Made by a program: the position numbers and the translations under genes. DNA of 32,053 nt. Origin: Polyangiales bacterium. Its GTDB lineage: Bacteria > Myxococcota_A > Polyangia > Polyangiales > Polyangiaceae. The notes under the pieces were generated by a model that worked only from the letters and a program-made list of their open reading frames with translations, was not told where the DNA came from and made no database searches. Shown piece after piece: positions 24,370 to 32,053 of the stretch; the first letter of the stretch is position 1; each line of letters opens with the position of its first letter. The DNA lies in contig JBBRNJ010000093.1 of NCBI GenBank assembly GCA_038230375.1, positions 1 through 32,053 on the forward strand. Reading direction: 5' to 3'.

Positions 24370-25908
24370 CTACTGGGCGGGTGAGATCGTGGGAGCTGCC
24401 GCGGGCGCGACCGCAGGGGCGACTGCTGTGGTGGCTGCCTTGCGCTTCGGGAACGCGGCCCACACGGAGCTGAACTCGCAGCCGGGGTGCCACATGAGCC
24501 AGCCCACTCCGCCGTTGTCGTCGCTGAACTTCGCGGCGTCGGCGACGTACTTGGTGCCGAAGTGCGGCGAGTCCTGCGGGAACGCCTGAAGCCACGGACG
24601 GATTACCGTGGTGCTTCCCGCGGGAAGCTTTGCAACGCCGCCCTTCACGGCCCACCCGTGGATCTCCGGGTGATCGCCGGGGTGCTCGAAGCCGGCGTAG
24701 TTGTGTGAGTAGTGCGACGGATAGATCATCGGGCTGATCGCCTCGCACTCGGGCGCGAGCACGCCGATGTCCTGGCCGAGCAGCTGCTGATCGAGCGGAT
24801 CGTCCTGCGTGACGACACCGAACAGGTCGAGCGAGAGCGGCACGCCCTGCTTCTTCGTCACCTCGTGCACCTGGTGGACGAAGCTGCGGATCGCCTCCTG
24901 GCGGTCTGCCTTCGCGGGGAGCACTGCCTTGTCCGTGCCCGGGTGAACGGGGAAGCGGATGTAGTCGAGCTGCACCTCGTCCGCGCCCGCGTCGATCTGC
25001 TCCTGCACGAGCTCGAGGATGTACGCGCGCGCCTCCTCGTTCATGGGATCCATCCAGCCCATCTTGAAAGGGCCACCCCACTTGCCCTTGATGGCGAGCC
25101 GCAGCGCGTGGTCCTGCGCCCACGGATCGTGGAAGCACGGGATGCGCATGATCACGCGGACGCCGCGCAAGTGCGCGAAGCGGATCGCGCGCGCGAGATC
25201 CGGGATGTATGTGACCTTGGTCGCGTTCGTCTCGATCGCGATCTTCGCCTTGGACGGATAGTTCACGCCGCCTTCGTAGTCCTTCGCGTCGAGCACCACC
25301 GCGTTGAGCCCGTGCTCCGCGGTCTTGTCCAGCGTGTCGACCCAGCGCACGCCGTGATAGCTGCCCGTGACGAAGACCGCCTTCAGCACCTTGTCCGCCG
25401 GCCAGCCAAGACGCTCCGTCTTCGGATCGTCCGCGAACGCCTTCGGCACGATATGCGGGATCTCGATCACGCCCGCGAAGCCCTTGTTCGCCTTGACGAT
25501 CGCGTTCGCGAAATCCCCCGGGTAGTAGATGTCCGAGATCGGCAGGTATGCCTTTGCGACGGACTGCGGTGTGTCGCCCTTCCCGAGCACATGCTTCACC
25601 TTCACGGGATCGCCCTCGAGCGAGCCGCCCGGCGGCAGGTGTCGCTTGAGCCACTCCGCGTACGTCTCTTCCTTCTTCGCGGGCGGCTCGGTCGGCGTGG
25701 GTTCTACCGCGACGGTCGGCGCTGCGCCTGCGTCCTTCGCATCGGCGTTGGCAAGCGGCGCCTCGGTGGCCGTGGCCCGCGGCGACTGCGGTTCGCGCGG
25801 CGGCGGCGCGGCCTTGTCGCATGCGGTGACGCTGCCACCCAGCGTGGCGAGAACGGCGAGAAAGAGGACCGGCGCAAGACGTTGGACGATGCGGACAGGC
25901 GTTACCAT
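24370..25908 (-). CDS. Putative glycoside hydrolase (DUF4015 family) lipoprotein with a LysM-like segment
   Basis: Lipobox VTA-C; LysM-like HVLGKGDTPQSVAKAY; NAVVLDAKD, WMDP, DEVQLDYIRFP, SLDLFG, GQD, SPMIYPSHY and RPWLQAF. Confidence 0.88.
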   Translation of the reverse strand: MVTPVRIVQRLAPVLFLAVLATLGGSVTACDKAAPPPREPQSPRATATEAPLANADAKDAGAAPTVAVEPTPTEPPAKKEETYAEWLKRHLPPGGSLEGDPVKVKHVLGKGDTPQSVAKAYLPISDIYYPGDFANAIVKANKGFAGVIEIPHIVPKAFADDPKTERLGWPADKVLKAVFVTGSYHGVRWVDTLDKTAEHGLNAVVLDAKDYEGGVNYPSKAKIAIETNATKVTYIPDLARAIRFAHLRGVRVIMRIPCFHDPWAQDHALRLAIKGKWGGPFKMGWMDPMNEEARAYILELVQEQIDAGADEVQLDYIRFPVHPGTDKAVLPAKADRQEAIRSFVHQVHEVTKKQGVPLSLDLFGVVTQDDPLDQQLLGQDIGVLAPECEAISPMIYPSHYSHNYAGFEHPGDHPEIHGWAVKGGVAKLPAGSTTVIRPWLQAFPQDSPHFGTKYVADAAKFSDDNGGVGWLMWHPGCEFSSVWAAFPKRKAATTAVAPAVAPAAAPTISPAQ

Positions 25909-27035
25909 GACAGGTTCTCTCGGAGGACGCGGGCGATCGCGTCGGCCATCTTGTGGTGGGTGAGGGGGTTGGGATGGAAGCGACAGGCGTAGCCGTCCTT
26001 GGGGTCTGCGGGGCCGAAGTCTACGAGGGTCACGCGCGACTCACCATGGGCCTTGATGGCCTCCATGGCTGCGCGCATGTGTCCCTGTGCCAGCGTATAG
26101 TGGTGCTTGTTCTCGGGGTACACGTCGCTGAGCATGGGCCCCAGCACCGCGACGAACCACGATTGCTTGTAATGTGCACGCAATTTGGTGAAGAGCGCGG
26201 AGTAGCGGCGCACGAACGCCTCGCGGCCCGGGTCGCCCGTGTAGAAGTCGTTGGTGCCCAGGTTGACGATGACGACGTCCGGCGCGATCGAGAAGTCCCA
26301 GAGGCTCTTCTCGCGCGCGGGCAGTGTGCGCTCCCAGAGCTCCGACACCTCGCGGATCGTCTTGGCTGACCATGCGACGGTGGTGTGCTCCGCATCGAAC
26401 ATGTCGGCGAGCAGCGCGCCCGCGGTCATGGTCTCGTCCGTGAGCTTGGCCGCGTCCGGGCAGCCGGGGTCCTCCACGCCGAGCACGCCGTAGCCGGTGC
26501 TGATCGAGTCACCCAGGATCTCGATGTGGCGGCTCTTGTGTGCAGGCGGCGCAAGCAGCTCGCCGTCGGGCAGCTCCAGCGCCACGAGCTCCACCTCACC
26601 CGAGCGCGCCTCGGTTCGCTTCACGAGCTCGATGGTGTGCGTGCCGTCGCCGAGCTCCGCGGCGAGCGGGTAGACGTGCTCGCCCTGCTTCGTCTCGAAG
26701 ACGGAGACCGCGTCGTCGACCTTCACGCGGAAGAAGTTGTGCCCCAGCTCGTCGTCCAGACGAACGCGCGCGGTGTGTCCTCGAAAGCGCGCGCGGATCG
26801 TGGAGCCCGACCACGCAAACCGGAGCCCCTTCTTCCCATCCACCATCCGACCCATCCGGAACAGGCCCGGCGGACCCGAAGGCTCCACCTGCGCCGCAGC
26901 GACATGGGGTGTCTCAGACCCGGCATCGACGGTCGAGATGCCCGTAGTGCTCGCCCCATCTGGACGTGCGTCCGCGTCCCCGCGTCCACAATGGACGAGG
27001 AGCATCAGCACGAGCACTGCCGCGGCCTTCTTCAC
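25902..27035 (-). CDS. SGNH esterase with a carbohydrate esterase 2 (CE2)-type N-terminal domain; probable lipoprotein
   Basis: FAWSGS, HTIELVKRTE, IEILGDSISTGYG, NLGTND and FHPN. Overlaps the start of the DUF4015 gene. Confidence 0.88.
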   Translation of the reverse strand: MKKAAAVLVLMLLVHCGRGDADARPDGASTTGISTVDAGSETPHVAAAQVEPSGPPGLFRMGRMVDGKKGLRFAWSGSTIRARFRGHTARVRLDDELGHNFFRVKVDDAVSVFETKQGEHVYPLAAELGDGTHTIELVKRTEARSGEVELVALELPDGELLAPPAHKSRHIEILGDSISTGYGVLGVEDPGCPDAAKLTDETMTAGALLADMFDAEHTTVAWSAKTIREVSELWERTLPAREKSLWDFSIAPDVVIVNLGTNDFYTGDPGREAFVRRYSALFTKLRAHYKQSWFVAVLGPMLSDVYPENKHHYTLAQGHMRAAMEAIKAHGESRVTLVDFGPADPKDGYACRFHPNPLTHHKMADAIARVLRENLSW

Positions 27036-27094
27036 GAGAGCAATCGTAGCGAAGCCGGCAGCCCGAGATCACCTTCCCGGGGGCTTAATTTTTG

Positions 27095-28501
27095 TCAAAA
27101 CGACAGCAGCGCTCCCGCCACGGCGCCAAGGTGCAGCACGCCCCCGCCGGGTAGGCCGTGGGGGTATCCAATGGGATCGCTCCCGCGCGCGAACAGCGTC
27201 ACGTCCAGCACCGGCCCCACGGTCACACCCAGCCCCGAGGCGATGAAGACGACAAGCTCGGGATCCGCCGACAGGTTCAGCCGGTGAGCAAGCTTTCCGT
27301 CGTACGACGCCTGCGACAGCGTGGTCCCCGCCGCCGTTGTCACGGGCGCGTGATAGCCCTGCTGGAGCACGGCGGACGCCTCATAGGTGAATCCGCCGCG
27401 CACCCAGATCGCAACGTCGTCCGTGAGCGCGTGCACGAAGCCCACGCGCGGCTCCACCCCCAGCGAGAACGCGTGCAGGTCGAGGTTCGCGCGCGGCCCT
27501 GGCTGAAGTCTGCCGCCTTCGGCATACGCCACGGTCTGCACGTTCTCCCACGGCGTGAGGTTGAACGCGAACGACGTGCCGAACGTGAGCCCGCGCGCCA
27601 GCGTGAAGTCCGCCGCGAATCTCGGGAAGAGGGCGCGGTCGCGCGTGAACACATGCGACGTTCCGGACATCATGACGGCGTCGCCGCCATCTGGCTTCTC
27701 GTAGTCGAAGAGCGGGAGCAAGCGATCCGCCGAGAGCGTGGCGCGTCCCGAACGTGCGAGCGCGCGCGCCGGCGCCGTCGCTGCGGCAGTGGGCGACGAA
27801 GGCCCGTGCAGGGTTCGCGACTCGTCGTCCTTGATCGCGGTGGTGAGGCCCACGGTCACGGCGAACCGGCCCGTGGAGGCTGGCGATGCCGGCGCGCTCG
27901 AGGCAAGACCCACGTCCAGCGCTGGCGTCAATGTGAGCGCCACGTCCTGCGTCGGGAAGAATGCGAATGCGCCGTCGACCGAGCCCTCGATCCGCGCCTG
28001 CGTGCCTGTCTCCGTTCGCAGCGCGTTGTACGAGACGCCCAGGTGGGGCCAGAACACGGCGCTCTTGCCGAGCCTGAACGCGCGTCCGATTCGCGGGGCA
28101 AGACCGAGATCGTCGCCGCGAAGAGCAGGCGTCTCCGTCCAGACATGTGCAATATACACTGAACCGCCGATGGTCCAGTCGCCGCCCACGCCGTAGTCGA
28201 GCGCCAGGCGCGGAAGGCGCTCCGGCGGCGGTGCCGTCGGTGTCTCGCCCAGGGTGCCCACGAGCGTGCGCGACTCGTCGATGCGGCCGCGCCCGGTTCG
28301 CTCGGCCTCGAGCACGACAAGCGGTGAGATGTGCTCGACGGATACGATGAGCGTGCGCGGCGCGCCGAACGCTGTGTTCGGCCGTGGGCTTTCAAGGGGC
28401 GGGTCGGGAGAGGCGCCGGTATTGCCGGCTGCCCATGCGCGAGAGGTGAGCTGAGGCGCGAGCGAGAGCGCCACGAAGACGCTCACGGCGAACCTGCTCA
28501 T
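27095..28501 (-). CDS. Outer-membrane beta-barrel protein with two tandem homologous domains
   Basis: Signal peptide (MSRFAVSVFVALSLA...AWA), alternating amphipathic strands, an internal duplication and a C-terminal Phe. An alternative start is at 28531. Confidence 0.7.
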   Translation of the reverse strand: MSRFAVSVFVALSLAPQLTSRAWAAGNTGASPDPPLESPRPNTAFGAPRTLIVSVEHISPLVVLEAERTGRGRIDESRTLVGTLGETPTAPPPERLPRLALDYGVGGDWTIGGSVYIAHVWTETPALRGDDLGLAPRIGRAFRLGKSAVFWPHLGVSYNALRTETGTQARIEGSVDGAFAFFPTQDVALTLTPALDVGLASSAPASPASTGRFAVTVGLTTAIKDDESRTLHGPSSPTAAATAPARALARSGRATLSADRLLPLFDYEKPDGGDAVMMSGTSHVFTRDRALFPRFAADFTLARGLTFGTSFAFNLTPWENVQTVAYAEGGRLQPGPRANLDLHAFSLGVEPRVGFVHALTDDVAIWVRGGFTYEASAVLQQGYHAPVTTAAGTTLSQASYDGKLAHRLNLSADPELVVFIASGLGVTVGPVLDVTLFARGSDPIGYPHGLPGGGVLHLGAVAGALLSF

Positions 28502-28587
28502 GATGAGATTAAGATGCGGTCGGGGAGACATTCGATGTCAGCGTCGGCGTACGCTAGGCTCTGTACAGGTTTGCAGAGGAGTACGTC

Positions 28588-29706
28588 GTGAGAGTAGATG
28601 ATCGAAGAGGGCTCTGGTCTGCGGCCCTTCCATATGTGGGGCTCGTCGCTGCATTCGGGGCGGCATTCGGCATCACACAGGTCGCCTGCGGCACCTCCAG
28701 CCACGAGGACACCGCCGCCAGCGAAGCGGGCGTTGCAGCTCTGGACGGCAGCACCGCATGCACGGGAAGCGGTTGCGGCGGCGGCGATGACGACGCAGGC
28801 GCGGACGCGAATGCCGTGGGGCCTCCACCTCCTCCGTCACCCGATGCAGGTCCGGTCGTGGGCACCGTCACGGGGATGGGCGGAAGCGTGTCGCGTCTCC
28901 TGTTCGCGGTCGTCGGCGACACCCGCCCGGCGCTCCCCAATGACACGCAGGGCTACCCCACGCAGATCGTCACAGGCATCTACAACGACCTCGCGGCGTC
29001 GACGCCCGTGCCGTCGTTCGTGGTCACGACTGGCGACTACCAGTTTGCATCAACGAACAGCCCGGAGTGCGCGATCCAGATCGGGCTCTACGTGACCGCG
29101 CGGGCCGCCTACAAGAACCCGGTCTTTCCGACGCTCGGCAACCACGAGTGCACTGGCGCGGACGTCAGCAACTGTGGCATTGGCAACACCGACGGCATCA
29201 CGAACAACTACACCGCGTTCATGAAGCAGCTGCTCCAGCCGCTGGGCTACACGAAGCCGTACTACGAGGTCGACATCAACGCGATCGACAAGTCCTGGAC
29301 GTCGAAGTTCATCTACGTGGCGGGGAACGCCTGGGACAGCACGCAGGCCGCGTGGCTCGAGACGGCGCTCTCACGGCCGACCACGTACACGTTCTTCGTG
29401 CGGCACGAGTCGATCAACTCGACCCCTGCACCGACGGGCGTCAGCGCTTCCGAGATGATCCTCGCGAAGCATCCGTACACGCTCGAGATCGTCGGGCACA
29501 CGCACTCGTACCATCACTACAAGAACTCGAAGGAAGTCCTGGTGGGCAACGGCGGCGCGCCCCTCACGAGCAAGAGCTACGGATATGCCATCATCTCGCA
29601 GCGTCCGGACGGCGCGCTCGTTGGTGACATGGTGGACGCGACGACCAAGGCGCTGGATGGCTACTTCCACTTCGTGGTGAAGCCGGACGGAACGCCCACG
29701 CCATGA
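28588..29706 (+). CDS. Calcineurin-like metallophosphoesterase; probable lipoprotein
   Basis: VGDTRP, TGDY, LGNHE, RHE and GHTH motifs; hydrophobic N-terminus ending in QVA-C. Confidence 0.88.
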   Translation: MRVDDRRGLWSAALPYVGLVAAFGAAFGITQVACGTSSHEDTAASEAGVAALDGSTACTGSGCGGGDDDAGADANAVGPPPPPSPDAGPVVGTVTGMGGSVSRLLFAVVGDTRPALPNDTQGYPTQIVTGIYNDLAASTPVPSFVVTTGDYQFASTNSPECAIQIGLYVTARAAYKNPVFPTLGNHECTGADVSNCGIGNTDGITNNYTAFMKQLLQPLGYTKPYYEVDINAIDKSWTSKFIYVAGNAWDSTQAAWLETALSRPTTYTFFVRHESINSTPAPTGVSASEMILAKHPYTLEIVGHTHSYHHYKNSKEVLVGNGGAPLTSKSYGYAIISQRPDGALVGDMVDATTKALDGYFHFVVKPDGTPTP

Positions 29707-30416
29707 GATGGGGCATCCTCGCGCTCGTAGCGCTGGGGAGCGCGACTGGGTTCGCCGTGGGCGTGAAGGTGGCGCAAAAGCCGGTCGTCTCCTCGTCCTC
29801 ATCCTCGTCCGGCAGCGGCAGCGGCAGCGGCAGCGCGCGAGCCATGCTGGTGGTTCCGCGCGCTGCGACTCCGATCACGATCGACGGCGAGCCCGAAGAT
29901 CCTGCATGGACCGCGAACGAGCTGCTGCGGACGCCTGCCTACAGCGAGCGTCCCTACTCCGACGCGCGCTTCACCATGCGCGACGGGAACCTGTATGTGT
30001 TGCTCTACGCTGCGGACGAGGACCTGCACGCCGCGCACGTCTCACACGACGGGCAGCTGTGGACGGCGGACGCGATGCGCGTGATCCTCTCTCCGCGCAA
30101 GGACGGACGTGAGTACGTGATCGAGGTGTCGCCAGCGGGCACGCTCAGCGACTACACGCGGACGGCTGCAGGCGGAAACGATGCGTCATGGGAGAGTGAC
30201 GCAAAGGTGGGCATCGATCTCGATGGCGCTCTGGACCAGCCCGGAAGCGACGAGGAATGGGTTGCGGAGATCGCGATCCCGCTGACGTCGCTCGGGCCGC
30301 TCGACCCGCCGTCAACGCTTGGCCTGAGGGTCGAGCGCAACGACGTTTCGAACGGCGCTTCGAGCGGGCTCCTGTCGTGGTCACCTCCCGGCGGGCGCGT
30401 CGTGCTCGCGCAGTAG
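29703..30416 (+). CDS. Secreted CBM9-like (DOMON-fold) sugar-binding domain protein
   Basis: ITIDGEPEDPAW, NLYV, LWTADAM, YVIEVSPAG and WVAEIAIP. ATGA overlap with the phosphoesterase. Confidence 0.8.
   Translation: MRWGILALVALGSATGFAVGVKVAQKPVVSSSSSSSGSGSGSGSARAMLVVPRAATPITIDGEPEDPAWTANELLRTPAYSERPYSDARFTMRDGNLYVLLYAADEDLHAAHVSHDGQLWTADAMRVILSPRKDGREYVIEVSPAGTLSDYTRTAAGGNDASWESDAKVGIDLDGALDQPGSDEEWVAEIAIPLTSLGPLDPPSTLGLRVERNDVSNGASSGLLSWSPPGGRVVLAQ
29811..29834 (+). repeat. In-frame (GGCAGC)x4 microsatellite encoding a Gly-Ser linker
   Basis: ggcagc repeated four times directly after a poly-Ser codon run. Confidence 0.85.
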
Positions 30417-30419
30417 CGC

Positions 30420-30944
30420 CTACTTGCGCGCGGGGGTGTCGATGTCGACGTGGCGGACGCGCCGTGCTCGAGCGAGCGAGATACCGAGCGCGATCACACC
30501 TGCGACGACCGCCACATCTGCCACGTTGAAGATGGGCCACCTCTCGATGTGGATGAAGTCGATCACGAAGCCGCGGGTCGCGCGGTCCGCAACGTTCCCG
30601 ATCGCCCCCGCGAGCATCATCGCCAGCCCCGCGTGCTCCCAACCAGACGCTCTGGATGCGCGCCGAATCCACACGAGGGCGACGAGCAAGGTCGCAGCTG
30701 CCGTAAGCCCGAGCAATATCGAAGCCTTGTAGGGAAACTCGAGGTCGCGCAGGAGGGTGAACGCCGTGTCGTGGTTCTCGGCATAACGCAGCTCCAGGAT
30801 GCCCGCGATGAGCGAGTGGGCCGGCCGGTTAGCGAGGGCCGAAGCAGCTTCTTTTGTCGCGTGATCGCAGCCGAACAGGCCAGAGCCAAGGAGGAGAGCA
30901 GCGACTCCCTGGAGGGCCTTGCGTGATCGAGATGCTTCCACCAT
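30420..30944 (-). CDS. lspA: Lipoprotein signal peptidase II
   Basis: DHATK, ENHDTAF, GAIGNVADR, VIDFI and WPIFNVAD, with the catalytic Asp positions retained. ATG 30944 is preferred over the longer ORF. Confidence 0.92.
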   Translation of the reverse strand: MVEASRSRKALQGVAALLLGSGLFGCDHATKEAASALANRPAHSLIAGILELRYAENHDTAFTLLRDLEFPYKASILLGLTAAATLLVALVWIRRASRASGWEHAGLAMMLAGAIGNVADRATRGFVIDFIHIERWPIFNVADVAVVAGVIALGISLARARRVRHVDIDTPARK

Positions 30945-31018
30945 GCGCACCCAACCCAGCCCGAACCTCACGTATTCCTGCAAATAAAGCCACCCTGACG
31001 GCTGAGCCAAGGCCGTCC

Positions 31019-31047
31019 TTGACACTGACAACGCACCGGGCTACCGA
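31019..31047 (+). promoter_or_regulatory. Candidate sigma70-type promoter (upstream, P1)
   Basis: Perfect TTGACA, a 17-nt spacer and a weak -10 (TACCGA), followed by GC-rich GCGGCCCC. Confidence 0.35.
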
Positions 31048-31223
31048 GCGGCCCCGTCCCTCCACTGAGGGTCCAGTCGACTTGTCGCCCATTTCTTGTC
31101 CTACAACCTGCGCTCATGTGTACACCGCCTTGCTGGCGGGGTGCCAGGGGCCAGGACTGAACATTGGTTCGTCCTTCTGCCCCGTGCTGGCTTCCATCTT
31201 GCTTGCGTCCCCCCTCGTCTAGC

Positions 31224-31260
31224 TTGCGCACGCGCCCGGCCTAGGGTAGCTTCCGCCCCC
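31224..31260 (+). promoter_or_regulatory. Sigma70-type promoter with a GC-rich discriminator for the tRNA-tuf operon
   Basis: TTGCGC-N17-TAGCTT followed by CCGCCCCC; the -10 ends 12 nt before tRNA-Thr. Confidence 0.6.
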
Positions 31261-31264
31261 CTTC

Positions 31265-31337
31265 GCTGGCGTAGCTCAATCGGTAGAGCACCGGTTTTGT
31301 AAACCGGCGGTTAGAGGTTCAAGTCCACTCGCTAGCT
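31265..31337 (+). tRNA. tRNA-Thr(TGT)
   Basis: Cloverleaf with acceptor GCTGGCG/CGCTAGC, anticodon arm CCGGT-TTTGTAA-ACCGG and T-loop TTCAAGT. One A.A mismatch in the T-stem; CCA not encoded. Confidence 0.95.
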
Positions 31338-31444
31338 CTCTTGCCCGATGGGACTCACGAATACGTCTCTTGTCTTTCGCTTATCTGACTTGCCTTTCCT
31401 TCCTCTCCTTATCTGTTGTTTGACAATCGAAGTTCACCGAATCC

Positions 31445-31526
<82 letters not shown>

Positions 31527-31571
31527 CGCAGTCTTGCAGCACTCCCCCTTCGGGGATCACGATGTCAGTCC

Positions 31572-31644
31572 GCGGGTGTAGCTCAGTTGGTAGAGCGTCA
31601 GCCTTCCATGCTGAACGTCGCCGGTTCTAACCCGGTCGCCCGCT
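31572..31644 (+). tRNA. tRNA-Gly(TCC)
   Basis: Acceptor GCGGGTG/CGCCCGC, anticodon arm TCAGC-CTTCCAT-GCTGA and T-arm GCCGG-TTCTAAC-CCGGT. CCA not encoded. Confidence 0.95.
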
Positions 31645-31720
31645 CGTAGAACTTCGAATGACTCTCTTGACTCAGACTCCGCTTCGCTTAATCGACTCCA
31701 CTTGAGAACTTCGCCGCAAC

Positions 31721-31742
31721 ACTCGCTTATGACTCGCTTATG
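31721..31742 (+). repeat. Tandem 11-bp direct repeat in the tRNA spacer
   Basis: ACTCGCTTATG occurs twice in tandem, ending 4 nt before tRNA-Thr(GGT). Confidence 0.85.
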
Positions 31743-31746
31743 AATC

Positions 31747-31818
<72 letters not shown>

Positions 31819-31873
31819 CGTAGTTGCGCTAGCAGTCGTCCCACCAGACCAATCGCTTCAGGAGACCGTCGCC

Positions 31874-32053
31874 ATGGCGAAAGAGAAATTCAACCGTAGC
31901 AAGCCCCACGTCAACGTCGGCACCATCGGTCACATCGACCATGGGAAGACCACGCTGACCGCTGCGCTCGTGAAGGTGCAGTCGAAGAAGGGCCTCGCGA
32001 AGGTCATCAGCTATGCGGATATCGCCAAGGGCGGCACCGTTCGCGATGCGACG
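31874..32053 (+). CDS. tuf: Elongation factor Tu, 5' part; runs off the window
   Basis: [32 protein letters not shown] with an AGGAG RBS, in the canonical position after the Thr-Tyr-Gly-Thr tRNAs. Confidence 0.97.
   Translation, partial: MAKEKFNRSKPHVNVGTIGHIDHGKTTLTAALVKVQSKKGLAKVISYADIAKGGTVRDAT

Noticed and set aside
27066..27100. TTGACA on the minus strand at the barrel gene stop, with an AT-rich tract
   Set aside because: There is no plausible -10 at 16-18 nt spacing; the hexamer arises from the TTT-TGA codons.
31040..31210. Identification as 6S RNA, SRP RNA or Pxr sRNA
   Set aside because: No end-to-end rod with a central bubble, no SRP domain IV motif and no Pxr-like terminator or context; kept only as an unassigned structured candidate.
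31645..31746. Short repeats as a possible CRISPR array or att site
   Set aside because: The repeats are 9-11 bp without regular unique spacers, and there are no cas or integrase genes or duplicated tRNA 3' ends in the window.

Overview
A high-GC, gene-dense chromosomal window. It is probably from a myxobacterium of the Polyangiales type, inferred from many lipoproteins with Asp-Ala-Gly-rich linkers, a tandem PilZ protein and a fliO-sctR pair. It holds about 30 protein genes. In order: a partial efflux adaptor; a LuxR regulator, glutaredoxin, coiled-coil membrane protein and VWA lipoprotein; an HDAC-family hydrolase with pncB-nadE (NAD salvage); a Phi-1/EXORDIUM-like HExxE lipoprotein; a fatty-acid desaturase; an HTTM (vitamin-K-carboxylase-like) gene pair; an SGNH esterase; msrB; a serine hydrolase-NamZ fusion; PilZ, GNAT and PhyH proteins; lysC; fliO-sctR; a DUF4015 glycoside hydrolase; a CE2 esterase; a doubled beta-barrel; a metallophosphoesterase; a CBM9-like protein; and lspA. 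The window ends in the tRNA Thr-Tyr-Gly-Thr operon and the 5' part of tuf. I saw no mobile element or CRISPR array. The strongest leads are (1) an apparently split, order-permuted gamma-carboxylase-like pair with a Cys-less DCC1 domain, (2) an isolated fliO-sctR-lipoprotein operon, (3) an EF-Tu with a replaced switch-I segment beside tRNAs with non-canonical T-arms, (4) an NrtR-like operator before pncB-nadE, and (5) a hairpin-rich intergenic RNA candidate. All family calls come from motif recognition by eye; no database searches were run.
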